Shown: positions 22,274-36,253, counted from the whole stretch's first letter. The stretch is DNA of 63,622 nt, filler included, from Pelomyxa schiedti (GCA_020536535.1; 14 parts of 14 records of this genome joined end to end with filler, not necessarily neighbours in it), one strand, 5' to 3'. Notes: a model not told the origin generated them from the sequence alone. A program made the numbers and translations.

Positions 22274-25200
22274 TCATCGTCTACTTTTTGCTCCTTTCTT
22301 TTTGGTTGCTGCTAGAGGTGTTTGTGGTTCTTCCCTTTGCTTCTTTGTTTTTGGTGCCTTGCTTTTGGCTTTCTTGCTTCCTTTAGTTTCCTCTACTTGT
22401 TGCTGTGGTTCATCCTCATTGTGTTCAAGAGTGGACCTCCTGGGTTTCTTGGGAGGTGGGGATCTGGGTGCTTCATCAGGCTTTGGACTTGGGTCTTTGT
22501 TGATGGAGGCAGAGTCGGGTGCAGTTTGGTCTTCTAGGTCAAGTACCCATTGTTTGGGTGGTGGCCGCTTATCGGGTGAGAACAACACCACGTTTGCCTT
22601 GGGTGTTCCTCGTAAGTCCGGCTTGCGGCTTGGTTGATGGAGTGGACTTGAGGCTACAAATGAGGTCCTGGAACTAGAGTTTGAAGTAGAGGAGTCCCGC
22701 TTCGGGGTAAGGGGTGTTTCTGGGGGTGCTGGAGACGCTGGGGGGTGGCGGGGAGGTGTGGAAGGGGGATTGGAGGACGAAGGAGGGACACTTGAGGTTG
22801 TGCTGGTTGAAGGAGAATCTGAAGAGGCTGAGGAAATCGAGGAAATTGATGAAATGGAGGATATCGTAGATGATGAAGACCTGGATGGGGTTGCTGACAC
22901 GCCCGCGGGGGGGCGTTTTTTGAATGGCGTGGCTCTAATAGAGGCATCTGATTGGAGTTTTGGAACAGTGTATCTGTTCAAGGCAATTAGGTTTCGATGG
23001 CGAAATTAAGACAAACCTCTCTAAATCCTTCCGGGGAGACACAGTACGGGGTGTCATCATCTGGTATAAGATAAGACAACAAAGGGATATGCAAGTGCAT
23101 ACAACAGATTTGCGGGAGGGTTTTGCAGGTGTCTGAAATGTTTTGGCACTGAGTTCGGCCAAATTTTCATGTTCAAGTTCCTGAGCCAGTTGCTTGTGTG
23201 CAGCAAGTATTTCTGTTTTTTTTCATTACCCAAAGGGACAAAGTGAGGTTTCTTACCTGACAGCTCATTTTTATAGTCTTGCATGAGATTTTTTAGCAGT
23301 AACAAGAGATTTCTTATTAACGGAGAGTGCTGTTTTTCAAGGAAATTTTTTAGTTCCACGATAATTGGGATGACATTTTCGAGGATGTTCTTTCTCTCTA
23401 TCTAAATAAAGGTGAATAGGTGTGAGAAGTTGCCTTGTTTTTTTATACAGTTGCAGCAATCTTCCCTGTGGCTGCTGCTGTGGCTGCTGCTGCACTGGCT
23501 GCTGCCGTAGCAGCGGCTGATGCATTCTCGGCTGCGACCTCGTCTTCTTCCACTGCAGTGGGATTTGCTGACACTTTGATTTCCTATTATGTAAGATCAG
23601 AGGTACAATGAAACTGCGAGAAAAGTTTTACCTTGCAGCATATTATCCTAAAGGAGTCATCCAAAACATCTTCTGCCCCTCGCAAAGGAAGGGTTGCTTC
23701 AGCAATTCCTCCTAGAATGTCCTTGTACATGTCATCTTCAGAGAATCGAAAAACCCAGAAACCATACTTGAACAAGTTTTCCCATGGTCTTTAATTTCTG
23801 TTCCCATGTCATTTGAGAAAGCATGAATGAATAAATCTTCATGCGTTTACTGCACGAGAGGTAATTAAAAAAAAAAACATGACTTTCCTTACTTACAGTC
23901 TATTTTCACCACTTCCAGTGAGGGAACAATGGGGATGAGCTTCCGAAACTTTTGATGCGGAACCAAAATGATTCATTGTCTCGTGGAGAGTGCATTCATT
24001 TAAGTCTGAGTTATTGTAAAGAATTAAGCTGATAGACTGGAAAAGAGTACGGAAAACTGTCTCAACAAAATATGTGAAGAATAAATCTCTATCCTTCCCC
24101 CTTGTTATTTCAAGTAAACACTCAGTTGCTGCAGTAAGTGCTTTCATTTTTATTGCCGATTTGATTGATTTAATGAACCTTGTACGGCTAAAGACTCATC
24201 GGAGTCAGCCAACAGCCTTAGGAAAAAGAAGAAAAGGGGCCCTTTCCATTTTACGAAGGCTTCTTGCAAAAGCCTAGTTAGAAGAAGGAGGGCCTGTTGC
24301 CGAACGAGCTTGCTGCGGTCCAGTAAGCAGTGTGCCACTGTGGTAATGTGACTGGAAAGTGAAAAGGGAGAAGAGTAAATGCTAGGCGTTTGTCAGTTGG
24401 CACTAAGTAAAGGTTACCTATCTACAAGCCCAGTGTGCCTTAACGAGATAAGAACAGTCAAACAGAAGGGAAAAAGTACCTAATGCAGAGATCGCATAAA
24501 ACAATGCAAATATTATTCCTGCATGGATGAGAAAAACAGTTGACACTACTAGTGATACCTTATAACTGGTATACTAGACCGTTCCAACATGGTGGAAAGT
24601 ATAGGAACAGTCTATTTTACATTACAAAAAAATCAACAACACAAGGGAAAAATCAACATTTTTGGCAATATCAAGGTTTTCTGATACCAGAGTAAGTTGT
24701 AAAACATTGGAACGTTGACTTACCCAAACACAACTTTCCCAAAGTGACAATGGCATTCCCTCTTATTGAAAGCGGGTTAAGAAAGCTCCTTGATTTCTTT
24801 CCATCGGTATCTTCTTCTTCTGGTAAGACTGGGGCAGAGGGAGTAACAACGCTTTCAATCAATGCCTGAAAGAGTATAAATAAGCTCATGTGCAGGGTAG
24901 GATGGATTGGTGGCAACTTTCACAATATCGATTAGTCTTGGAGAAATCGACTTGGGTGCAATCATGGACAGCTCTCCCAGTGTAAACAAATGCCAGCACA
25001 TAGATTTTGCAGTCTCGTTGCTTACCCCACCAGAATCATTCTCGAGGAAATTTCTCAATGTGTCTTCACATTTGCAGATGAGTTGGTGCACCCACTTGGT
25101 GCAGTCTGCAGTTCTTTGAAGCTGGAGAAACAAGGTTAGCGATCTTAGTAGTCCAAGGAAAAGGAAAACACACGTTTTTCACGGTTCTCATAAATGCTTG

Positions 25201-28200
25201 TATTACGGCAGGGGGGTATGAAAAAGTGAGCAGTCGATCATGGAAGTCCGCAATAAGAGATTTGCATGTGGGAATGTCCAAAAGGGAAACAACACACCCA
25301 AGCACCATCACAACACGCTCGTAAATTTGTTCGTGCTCTGAAGGTAATTTGAGGGGTAAACAGGGTTTTTTTTTACTGGCCATACCAATAACTGATGCGG
25401 TATTTTTAATGGATTCCCATGCACTAAAAATTCTTTTACTGTCAAGCCACTCTTTTACATGAGGTGCCAGTTCAGAGAGGAGGATCCACGCCCCCTTTGG
25501 AGGTGGTTTTTTTGAGTGACATCCATAAAATCGAAGTCGAATGAAGAAAGAAAAACCTTGTTCGTGGAAAGGGGATCTGTGAGGGCATTGGTCAAGGAGG
25601 AAATTAACTTCTTTGTTGCCCTTTTCTTCTCAGCAATTACTCTGCATGCACACTGCAGGCATCGTTGAAGTTCGCTGTCGATTGATTGGAGAACCCCCAA
25701 GACGGATTCCCGTAGAGGATCACTATTTAAAAAGGAATTCAACAGACTGTCTGACAAAATTTGGCTCATACCTGGAACTGGAAAGGGGTTTTAGTATTAC
25801 TGCCTCTATGGCAGACAACGCTTCTTCTTGCACGTGACTGTCTACGTCTAGAATCATGGGCAGTGCAGCTTTGAGCCAATGAGAAAGAGCAAGTTTATCA
25901 TCAGAGTCAGAGCTTTCAACCATCTACAGTAATTTAGAATCAGTGCTTCAACGGCGGAAAGAAATTTTTTTTTTTGTGTACTTTTGTCAAGCAACGAAGG
26001 CAATTCTTCCTCACAAGGACACTCAGGTCGCCACAATGTGCGGTCAGAGAATTAACAACCAAATTATTCAGGGCTTGAAGAGTGCCATCTGTGTTTTTGA
26101 TAACCCGGGCAGCAAACTCTGGAATAAGAGTGGTGAAAAAAAGTGACTGAAAGTGCCTGTTTTTTTTCTTACTTTGCAATTCCACGAGGGCTTGTATTGC
26201 TGCATTTCGGACAAGGGGACTTTTATTATCGTTGGCTCGTCTTAAAATCACTGATATAATGGCTACACAACGTTTAGACTTCCTGAAGAAAAAAAAGGTA
26301 TAGTAGAGTACAATTTTCATCTGTGTTCAATTTGGAAAGAGTGGGAATAACATTCTTTTGGACATCTGTTTTCCAGAAATCAGTGTGGAAAGTAACAAAA
26401 GAAGGGAAAAGTAATAAGATACGTACAATCACTGAGAGGTGTTTCGTCTGTGGAACCAGAGACGTTCTCCAGAACGCTCGATAAGAGTGTTACAGCTTCA
26501 TTCATTTTCCATTATCAAAAGAAGAGTGGAAAGTGTTCCACGCATACCTCTCGACCTGACAGAAGGAATTTTATCTGACGAGCGCTGTGTTATGTCATGT
26601 TATGGAACGGGGAGGTGTAGGAGTAGTAGTATATTACCTCAATCAGAATGGAGAAAAGTGGAGGAACACTGTTGTGTGCAGTAAAATCGTTAAGCATGCG
26701 CGAAACCACCTCTATTATTGTAAGAGACTGTAAGAAATAAGTGGCATTACACAAACCAAGGGTGAACTGCCGACAATTTGCCTGTTTGAAGTTAGTTCTC
26801 ACTTACAGTGTTCCCACTGATGTACCGATTGATTTTTGCTGCATTTCATGATGAACGTGGTGAGATTGTCGAAGTCAGAACTTGGAAGTGACCCAGCTAC
26901 TGTGCAAACTGTTGCCGCTGCTTGCACACGATAGTCGGCCTTGGTGCGCATGGATCCCGCATCCACACATACATGTTGTAATGTTATAAGAACAGCATGA
27001 GAGAGAGCAGCAACACTGGCGAGATTTCTGAAGTGGTTGGTTGAATTACTTTTTTTTTTTTGATGAGGTAAGAGTGCCAACAAACTTGAGCAGATTTGTT
27101 GCAACACGTGAGCTGATCTACTGTAAATTAGAACACAAGAAAGGAAGAAAAAAAAGGAGAGAATACAAGGAAAGCTTGTGGGATGGGAGTTCTGGCAACA
27201 GAATAAGACATGGTAACAGACGGCAAAAGAAACTTGAAGATGACCAAGGCTGTCTGCGTTTTGATTACGATTGTCAGAGCCCACACCGCAACATACATCA
27301 GTTTGGGTACTATCGTTTTGTATCAGTTCTTCCAGTGCACGAGTGGCTGCTTCCGCCACAGGCTCAAATTCATGGGCAGTGCTGGTCTTCTTTCTATGGA
27401 GGTTCACATTTTTATTGGGGTGTCTTGGTGCCACATACTTGGTGTTGGGCCCTTCATCAGGAATTTGTGTCAACTTGGTGAGTGTGTCAGCAACTTGGGA
27501 AAGATAGTCTTGCTTATTTTTTCGCCCAAACATCTTCATGAGCTTGGTTATATGCCTTCCTAGTTCTTCAACAGCACGAAACAGTAACTTGGGATCCACT
27601 TTGCTCACATCAGAAGAGGAATTGTTTTGAGGTTCCTTGCATAAAATGTTGGATTCGGCCAAATCCAAAAGAAGGGTAACAATGAAACCTGGCCTTTTTT
27701 GGTTCTTTTTCCCCTCCTTCCTTTTTTTGGCTTGCCCGTCTCCTCATTCATTGCCTCCACGTTTTCATCAACAATACCATCAGGATTGTCATTGTTCAAG
27801 GTGTCAGTATTATTATCATCAGCAGTGCGGATCTGGGTGGAGTAATTCTTGAGGGCCGACAGAAGTGCAGTAACCAACAGAGAGTGGAAGATGACTCTGC
27901 TTCCTGGGAATTGAAGCATCTGCACGTCTTTAAAACCTTATTTTAATGCCAAAGAGAGAGCAAGCTCACTTGAAGGTAAACCCTCACTGCGAGAAGACGA
28001 ATGTTAACCGGCTGTGACCGATCTGCAAAAATGGCGAACATCGTGGCAGCCATGCACCTGGGTTGCCAATTTGCTCCCTCAATCGTTGCCCACAAATCCA
28101 CAATCTTCAATTGCTTTTCTTTTCTCTCTGGGGATTGTTGGGTTTTGTGCTGCTGGATAACATTGTTATTGGATTTCAGAGTGGAATCGAGCCACTTGAC

Positions 28201-29037
28201 TGCCGCCGTCAGTGACGGTTCAAAATCCCCAGACACCTTCTGGAATCCAGATAAATTTGTCAACGTGTTCGTCGAAGAGGATCCCAATTTCGGTGCATCA
28301 ATTTTGGGTGCATTGGTCGGGGAATCCCACATAGAATCGGCGTCTGTGGAATCAACAGAAAACGGAGCCAAATCCGCAAGAGGAGACGAGTCAGCAGGAA
28401 CAAGTTCCAGTCCAACGATGTCGGAGTAGTCGTCCTCATATTCCTCCATTTCTTCCTCCTGCTGCTCGGCTTGATTCTCCGCCGCGTTTTTGTCGCCATG
28501 CTCACCAGGACCGCCCTTCCCCTTCGTCGTCGCATCAGCAGTGTTTTCAGCAGATGCCTTTCCATCCTCCTCACCCTCCCCTTCTTCTTTGTCTTTTCCA
28601 GAGTCGGAATCGTCGCCGTCGCCGCCTTTTGCAGCCGCTTTTTTCTTTCCTCCTCTCTTGTTGGTTTTCGCGGCCACTTTGCGTGATTTGCTCGGCTTCG
28701 TCGGCTTGGCCTCGCCGCTCTCGTCACCGTCGTCGTCGTCGATTTTCTCGGCAGCGGCAGCAGATGCAGCGGCGCGCCCTCTCTTGCGCTTCGTGTCGGC
28801 ATCACCTTTCGCTCCCTTGGCTTTGGATCTAGATCTCGCGGGTTTCTTCGGCGCCTTTGCGCCGGTCTTCTTCTTGGCCGCATCCTGTGCGCTCCCATAA
28901 TCGTCGTCTCCGTCGCTGCCGCCCACTTTGGCTTCGTCGGCGAAAGTAACAGTTTTCTTGCCCAGTGGCTTCTTCGTCTTGGGTCCTTCCCCGTCGTCAT
29001 CGTCGCTCGCGGGCTTCTTCTTGGCCGCGCGTGGCAT
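22274..29037 (-). CDS. NCAPD3: Condensin II HEAT subunit CAP-D3 (multi-exon)
   Basis: HEAT-like blocks DNKSPLVRNAAIQAL, DLSVLVRKNCLRCLT, WLKAALPMILDVDSHVQEEAL, IRGNAIVTLGKLCL, plus the D3-type LLDRSKLVRQQALLLLTRLLQEAFVKWKGPLFF and KRMKIYSFML. Lys/Asp-rich N-terminus, Ser/Pro-rich C-terminus. Confidence 0.88.
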
Positions 29038-29396
29038 CGAAAAATGGTTTTAGTGGAATTGAGGACCACGTAAGGGCAATTTCTGGATTACCTTCACCTT
29101 CAGTCCATCCCAGTAGTAGACATAAAGGTGGCTTCTTGGTCAATTCTATTTTTCTTGTTCCTTACTCTCGTAGAGGCCATGTTGGGACTTTCCAAGAAAT
29201 TGAATTGAATTTTTTGGCACTTATTCTTCAAGTATTTTGGCCCAAAAACCGGCATTGATACTATTAAGACCGTCAAACCCTAACCCTTCCTCAAAGAAAA
29301 AAAAAAGGAACAGAGACGGACAATTTGTAAATTTTTTTATGTCCAATAGGCAATGGTATCCTCGATTCCACGCACTGTTCTATGTACATATGATGA

Positions 29397-32300
29397 CTAT
29401 GGATCACTATCAGAGGCCGAGCGTGAACTGTCTATGGGTTTGCCAGTGCCGGCGTTCTCAGAATCACTTGGTATCAGTGAATCATCACTGTCACTGTTGT
29501 TGCTTTTTTCCTTGGCTGCATTATTGTTGTGGGATTCAGGGTGCTCTTCAGGGTCTATGTCCTCATCCCAGTCAGAGTGCTGCTTTTCTTGTTTTTCTTC
29601 TTCCAGCTTTGGTGTTGGGGTTTTTTCTGGTGTTCCACGTCCACTTTCTTCTCCCTCACTTTTCTCCTTCTCACTTGAATCTTTTTTGCTTTCCTGTTCA
29701 CTTTCGCTCTCTATTATCTCATCTTTCTCCCCATCACTTACTTCTTTATCACTTCCCACTCTCTCGTGGTTTTCCTTTGCTTCCTCTCTGTCACTGTTAC
29801 TGTGCCGGCTCCTTTCACTGTCACTGTCACTGCCACTACCGCTACCACTTAATTTCTCCTCATCTTCTCTTTCTTCTTTTTCACTGTTTGATAATTGGTC
29901 TGAGTCTTGGTACCTTTCTTCCTGATTGTTGTTGACTTGCCTGGAATGCTTATGCTGAAGTCGTTGGTGGCTTCCATCTCCACTGACATATCTGGGGGAT
30001 GTGCTTCCACTCCCTTCACTTTTGTCACTTTCCACAATTTCATGGTGCTCTGGAACAATGAGTGAATATATTCAAGAAAATACAAGGAACAACCTGAAAT
30101 GTGTTTGGCAGCCAGAGTGGAATGATGGAATTTTCCCGACTGTTTAGGATTGGGTAGGAATGGTGGGAATGTCCCAGAAGTTCTTTGGGAGCTTGATAAC
30201 CCCTTACTTCTGGGTGTGGATGAAGGGGATGCTATAACATGTTTCCCTTCTTTGAAAGGCGCAAAGGAAGAAGTGGAATCAAGCCGCTCATGTGATTTTG
30301 TATTCGTTCGTCCAGGTTCTTTGCCAACCAAAGAGGAACGGGTCGAGTCACCTTCTTCATGGCTTGCTGCCATGTGTGACGAAAGAGACTTAGAGGTTGC
30401 ACCAAGACTCGTTCCTAGATGCCTTGTGGCCAATTGATATTGCCCAAAAAAGGAAGTAACCCCGTTAGTACCCTTGAGAGAGGAATTGAGGCCACTTGGT
30501 TTCCCTGATTTTTATGAGTCACTTAATGGTGCAAAGTTTCCTTTACCATGGGATATGGGGGGTACAATATTGTTTTCTCGGTACGTTTTAACAGTAATGG
30601 GTGATGGGGTGCAAGCCTCTCCTGTTAACTCAAGGTACTTTTCTTGATGCACTTGTTGGGGTAAATTGAAAGGAGAAAATATTGTCGACATACACATGTT
30701 TACAGTAACACAAACAGTTCTTTTTGCGTCCCACAGAAGGTGGGAATTGAGAATAGTGAAATCTCTCCTTACTCAACAAAAAACTGAGTTAGAAAGTATT
30801 TACAGTTGTTTTACCAGTTGTATCCCACTTCAGTAATACACAAGAGTCATTCCCCATTCCACAGTCCTCCAATGTCTGGGAAGAATCGGAGAGAGTGGAG
30901 CCATTGAATTCTAGAAGTTGCTTCTCTGATGCAACACGCAGAGTGCTAGCTATGTTCTCTTTTAGCTGTTTACGGAACCCAAAAAAGTTACAGGTGATGA
31001 AATGGCAATCGTTACGTACATCTCCAACAGTAGCTGTGAGGTCACTGTACAGCGTCATATTGGTAAAGGAAGACTGAACATGGATCTACAAGAAGTTGGA
31101 CCCAAGCTCGGCAAGAAATTAAAACACACAATACTTTTATTTGACCTTCAAAAGCTCCCAATAGTTGAACCAATGGCTCGTCAGGTGATATGGCATAGTG
31201 AAGGAGTTGTGTGGACCATCTTTTACTCCGTAGCCAGGGTGCTTGCAGGTAAATTACTGCACCCGCAGACAAACCTACCTGTATTTGGAAAGGAATTCTA
31301 TTAAGTAAGAGCAAATATGAGAAAGTAAATATTACGGATCGCGGAGTATCCAGCAAATTCCAGTCCCCTTGCAGTGGATGCCGAAATGTACTTGTCTTCA
31401 TGAAGCACATATCTTGGTGCAGCATGGGGGTCGCATAGATATCTACAGAAGAGGTGACAGTCTCCAGGTGCAGTGGCACAGAGAACTGCGAAGACCCGAA
31501 ATCTTAAAGGTAACAGTAAGTGATGTTATTTCTGAGAAACTGCCACTCATACTTGTTCGGGAGGTGCTGAGTGATGGAGTAGGAGGACAGACTAAAAGAG
31601 TAGTCAATTTCGTTTCTGGGAAAGATTTGGGGTACTGTACCCAGGTAATCTGTGTCAGTATGGTTTGGAAGGCGTGAAAATTTCTTCCCTGTCAAACAAT
31701 TGTGACCCTGTGAGACAAACCTAACCAGAGTGGGCTCTGGTCCTAAATAGAATATGAGATGGTTGCATATTTTAACGAAAAAGATCCACCAGAAAAAAAG
31801 GCCATGCCAACAGCTTCAATCGAATTTAAGCAGAGAAAAACGCCCCTCTTTGTCGACCATTCGTCGGGAATCTGTTGTTACACAAGTTTTATTGATTTGT
31901 GGTGTTAGTACATGGAAACTAACGTTGGGGAGGTCAGTTGCTTTATGCACAGCTACATTCCCGAATGTCGGTGGTGAATCTGTATGTGAGGTTGGAAAAT
32001 TGAAACAAAGAAATATCTAGAAAACCTGGCGGTTTTGTTTGTGTATACAATAAAATCCTATTAAACTGAATGAGGAAGCCTTGCTTCGTTCCAAAGCGCA
32101 GATAGGGACCATCAAGTGTCACTTTAAGTCTCGAGGTTGCCTCTGGCTTGGAAAAGAATTTAATTGAGAAGCCAGAGGAAAAAGAAGTACATGAAGGCGA
32201 CAGTAATATTCATTAGCAAAAGAAATGAATGGCATGTCTTCACTTATGCACAGCCGATTCCTGCTATATGTAGACTCCTCTGAAGAAGACTTTAGCCAGA

Positions 32301-33024
32301 AAGTGAAGAAGAAGAAAAAAAAAGGACAGTACCACTGACAACTGTGACTGCAACAGGTTCAGGAAACTCAAGTTTCAGTCTAACATAAGACTTATTTCTC
32401 AAAAACACAAAGTCAAATCTGAGCAAACCTCGAATCCCCTTTTTGCAGAGAATGTGGTGTCCAGTCCTCAGGCAACCGATCTCGCATCTGAATTATCTTT
32501 TCAAACAACGACCTGCCAAAAGCAAGAAAATTAAAAACTGAGGCAAACATGGTGTCAAACGTCCCATAATTCACCCTGGCATCTCCCCGCAACAACAACA
32601 ACAACAACTCAATTGGCACACAAACAAGCAAGCTCCCATAATTTAATTACAGACAGAGAGGGTCATACCTCACAGTGTCCTGGGGCGTGGCAGGCACATC
32701 CAGCCCTCTCACGCGTCGCTTCAAGTGACCAGGCAGTTCCACCCTCACGAAAAACTGCCCCGGCCCCAGCAATCTGCTGCTGCTGTTGTTGTTTCTGTTT
32801 CCTCCCACACTCCCACTCAGTCTCCCCTGCTGATGTGCCGTCCCATTTGTTGGGGGTTGTGCTTGTTGTTGTTGCTGTTGTGAGGGTGGTACCTGGGACT
32901 GAGACTGAGGCTGCGTGGAAGTAGAAACGTTTGAGGCTGGGGTACTAGCCGTAGTGTTGTTGTTCGGTGGCTGAGGTTGCGCTGGTTGCTGTTGGTTCCG
33001 CCATTTTCCCACCCCACCGCCCAT
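29397..33024 (-). CDS. Multi-exon protein with ubiquitin-like domain(s) and an acidic/Ser-rich tail (could be two genes)
   Basis: Spliced exons give FFVRVELPGH..PQDTVR|SLFEKI (Ubl/RA-like) and IKIHVQSSFTNMTLYSDLTATVGD|LKENIASTLRVASEKQLLEFNGSTLSDSSQTLEDCGM (clear Ubl). Linkage to ORF 29397-30035 was not fully resolved. Confidence 0.55.
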
Positions 33025-33463
33025 CGCTTTCCACTAATTACAATTTCGCGAATAATGAAATAGCAGTGGGTGACAGTGAATCTGCCTGAGTCTCGGTGAA
33101 GAATGACTGTGGACTGCGGACCATTGTGAGATTGTGGGCCCTTCCCCAAGCTGATTCTCCGAGCTGTTACGCCCTCGCAAACAAGAAGTACAATGACCGC
33201 TTCTTTTCTTGTGCGCGCTGTCTGGAGGACCCTTCCAGACAGTTCTATTACACTTGTGGAATAGAAGAGCTTTCTCAGGTCAGATCGACATTCCAGGCAA
33301 TTGCTGAATGAAATCACGTTGACTTTTCAGTTGCCGGGGACAGATTATTCAACCTTTTATGCAGATCTTGTTGCATTTTTTTTCCTTAACAAAAACAAGG
33401 AAACCACAGCGGTCGGAACAGCGATAAGCCTACCACCACGTAACCAATTCGCCCCAAGCTACA

Positions 33464-34156
33464 ATGTCAGACTCGGATAATCAAAGCGGCGGTGATGTGG
33501 TGCGTGTTACTCGGATCTGCTTTTTTTTTCTTTTCCTCGCTGGCCCTTTTTTCCCCACCCACATCACCACCTCGCGATCGCTGTTTCTTTCCAGATCCAA
33601 ACAACTTTTTTTTTAACCACTCCACAGGGTTCGGATGTTTTCCCACAGCAATGCTCTGCGTTGCGCAAAAACGGATTCGTCGTCCTCAAGGGGAACCCAT
33701 GCAAAATTGTTGAGATGAGCACATCCAAGACCGGCAAACACGGACACGCCAAGGTCCATCTTGTTGGTATTGATATCTTCAGTGGCAAGAAGTACGAGGA
33801 TCTGTGCCCATCAACCCATAACATGGTAAGTTCCTTTACGCCCACCATAATTTAAATTACACATTACGAGATGAATACGAGTTATTAAAGTTACTTATGC
33901 CCCTATCCCTTACTTATGCACACAACAGAACGTACCCAACGTGACTCGTGCTGACTACCAATTGATCAACATTGATGAGAACTCCGTCTCTCTTCTTGAT
34001 GATTCTGGTGACACCAAGGACGACCTTGTTATTCCTGAGGGAGAGATTGGCGAGAAGCTCCGCGCTGCGTTCGATGAGGGCAAGGAGCTCGTGGTCACCG
34101 TACAAAAGGCCATGGGCATTGAACAAATTGTTGCCTTCAAGGAGGACAGCTCTTAA
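33464..34156 (+). CDS. EIF5A: Eukaryotic translation initiation factor 5A
   Basis: Exons 33464-33499, 33628-33825 and 33929-34156 give [12 protein letters not shown]|[32 protein letters not shown] (hypusine site)..STHNM|[12 protein letters not shown]. Confidence 0.97.
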
Positions 34157-35017
34157 GCAGTGCTACACAATCAGTCCCTGCAAAACTCTTAATACAACCT
34201 GCTTTCTTTTTAAGAATTTCGGAGTAATAACAGGTAATGGGTGCTGCTGCGGACAAGAACGGTAACAGTGCTACCGCGACAGAAGACTCTTGTGCCTTCT
34301 CCGAAAGGCTTCTCGACAGGACGGACTTGTTCGCTGGCTCCACAATGCTTGGATTGTGGAGCAGAAAGAACAAGAACAAACTGCGCAAATTCTGGCTGGG
34401 CAGACAGAAATAGTGCAAGCCATACTAAATCACTTTACTAGCTGCTCTCAATCAGACAATGTAAGGAGCATGCATCATCGCAAGTGCTTCACTAGTTTTG
34501 ACTAGCATTGCCTTTAGCTGTTGTTGTCATCTTCTATTTGTGAAAAACCCAAAAGAAACTCTAAGCAGTTTTCCCCCGTGTTTCTGTGGATTACAAGAAC
34601 ACAGGAAAATGATCAATCTTGTGCAACCAGCTGCCCGCAGCGAGGCTATTTACAATGGTGTGTATCGGCTTTTTGTTCTTCTGCAGTGTGTGTCTGGTTG
34701 ACAGCTGTGCGCAGCAGGAGAGCAGCACATGGCCTACGTCACGGTGCTGCGGCCCGCCCCCCCGCCCCCTGCTCCTCGCTCCCCCACGCCGTCTTCCCCT
34801 TCCCTCTTGTACAGGCCCCCGCCGTCCCCCTCACCCTTCTGCGAAGCAGATGTGAATTCCAATCTGCCATTGGTACCAAAAGAACACTGACAACTGGAGC
34901 ATCTTGCACACTTCACANNNNNNNNNNNNNNNNNNNNNNNNNNNNNNNNNNNNNNNNNNNNTTAATTAATTAANNNNNNNNNNNNNNNNNNNNNNNNNNN
35001 NNNNNNNNNNNNNNNNN

Positions 35018-36253
35018 GAAAGGGGTCACAGTGAGGGAGAGGCTGTGGGGGGGCCCGCATGGGGTGACCCTCACCCCTGATGTTAGGGAGTTATACCCAG
35101 GCTGCAAGTCTGACGAGACCCCACGCCCAAATTACATTGTCAAGGCATGCAAATTCATCCCTTGAGTTACGGCAACACAAGGATGGTTTTCTTTTTTTTA
35201 AAAAACAAGTTAATAATTAATCCACAGCCGTTGATTGCCCTGATGCAATACTCCGCACCAAGCGATGTTCCTCTGCCCCCAGGGACAAATGTATGTGTGT
35301 AGTTTGTTCGTTGTTTATTTAATCGTTTCCAATCAATTCGTTTCTCGAATTTTCTTTCTATTATTATCCCTTTCTTTCCTATTTGGTCACTATTTTCCCC
35401 AACCACAGAGCCGCGATTTTTGGATCAACCTATTGGACTCCAGGCCAAACCACATTCACCTCGCAGCTGATTCAGCATCATCTCTCCGAATTTCTGATGG
35501 TGTCATTGTTGTTGTGGACTGCCTTGAGTGCATTCCTTTCCAAACTGAGTCACTCATTTGGAAGGCACTTGCCGAGGGTGTCAAGCCGGTTTTGGTGCTG
35601 AACAACGTTGACAGGCTCATTGAACTCAAGAAGGAGGAGGATCCAGAGGAGGTGTTCCGGACACTCTCCCGTTCAATTGATGGTCTCAACTGCATCATTT
35701 CAACCTTTGTTGACAGCCCTTCCGTGATTGGTGGTGATGGTGATTCATGGGCGCTTTCACCAGAGAAAGGAAATGTGGTGTTTGCAAGTTCGCGAGAAGG
35801 ATGGGCATTCACAATTGGTCACTTTGCCAGGATTCATGCACCCAGGTTTGGGTTGGATCCTGAACAAATGACACACAGACTCTGGGGTGAGAACTATTAT
35901 GATCCCGTTGCGCGGAAGTGGAAGACAGACCAAAGTGGTGAGGGTGGAAAGCCACTTCCACGGTTCTTCACCCAATTTATCATTGAGCCCATGTGCAAAC
36001 TCCGTTCAAGTTTAATGGCTGGTGATCTGACCAAGTGTGACTCAATGCTTTGCAAAATGGAAAAGATTGGTGTTGTTCTCAGCGAAACTGAACAAGTGTG
36101 TTTCTCCCTCTTTTCTACATCTCACAAAAAAAAGAGTTTGACCCACCAGGCACTTGTGAATTGTGTGATGGGAAAGTGGCTTCCATTCAGCAGCACAATC
36201 CTGGAAGTCATTGCCGTGCACCTACCGTCGCCTGTTGTTGCACAGCAGTACCG
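35018..36253 (+). CDS. Divergent eEF2-like paralogue, internal fragment (both ends in gaps)
   Basis: FWINLLDSRPNH, LRISDGVIVVVDC, KPVLVLNNVDRL, GNVVFASSREGWAFT, RLWGENYYDP, WLPFSSTILEVIAVHLPSPVVAQQYR. Confidence 0.85.

Noticed and set aside
28001-29935. Multiple + strand Ser/Phe/Leu-rich ORFs
   Set aside because: Antisense of charged low-complexity coding regions on the minus strand.
34225-34917. Possible minus-strand multi-exon gene; FGEG..TVTVLV resembles a cNMP-binding motif
   Set aside because: No consistent splice model could be built, the motif match is weak and the 5' part is in a gap.
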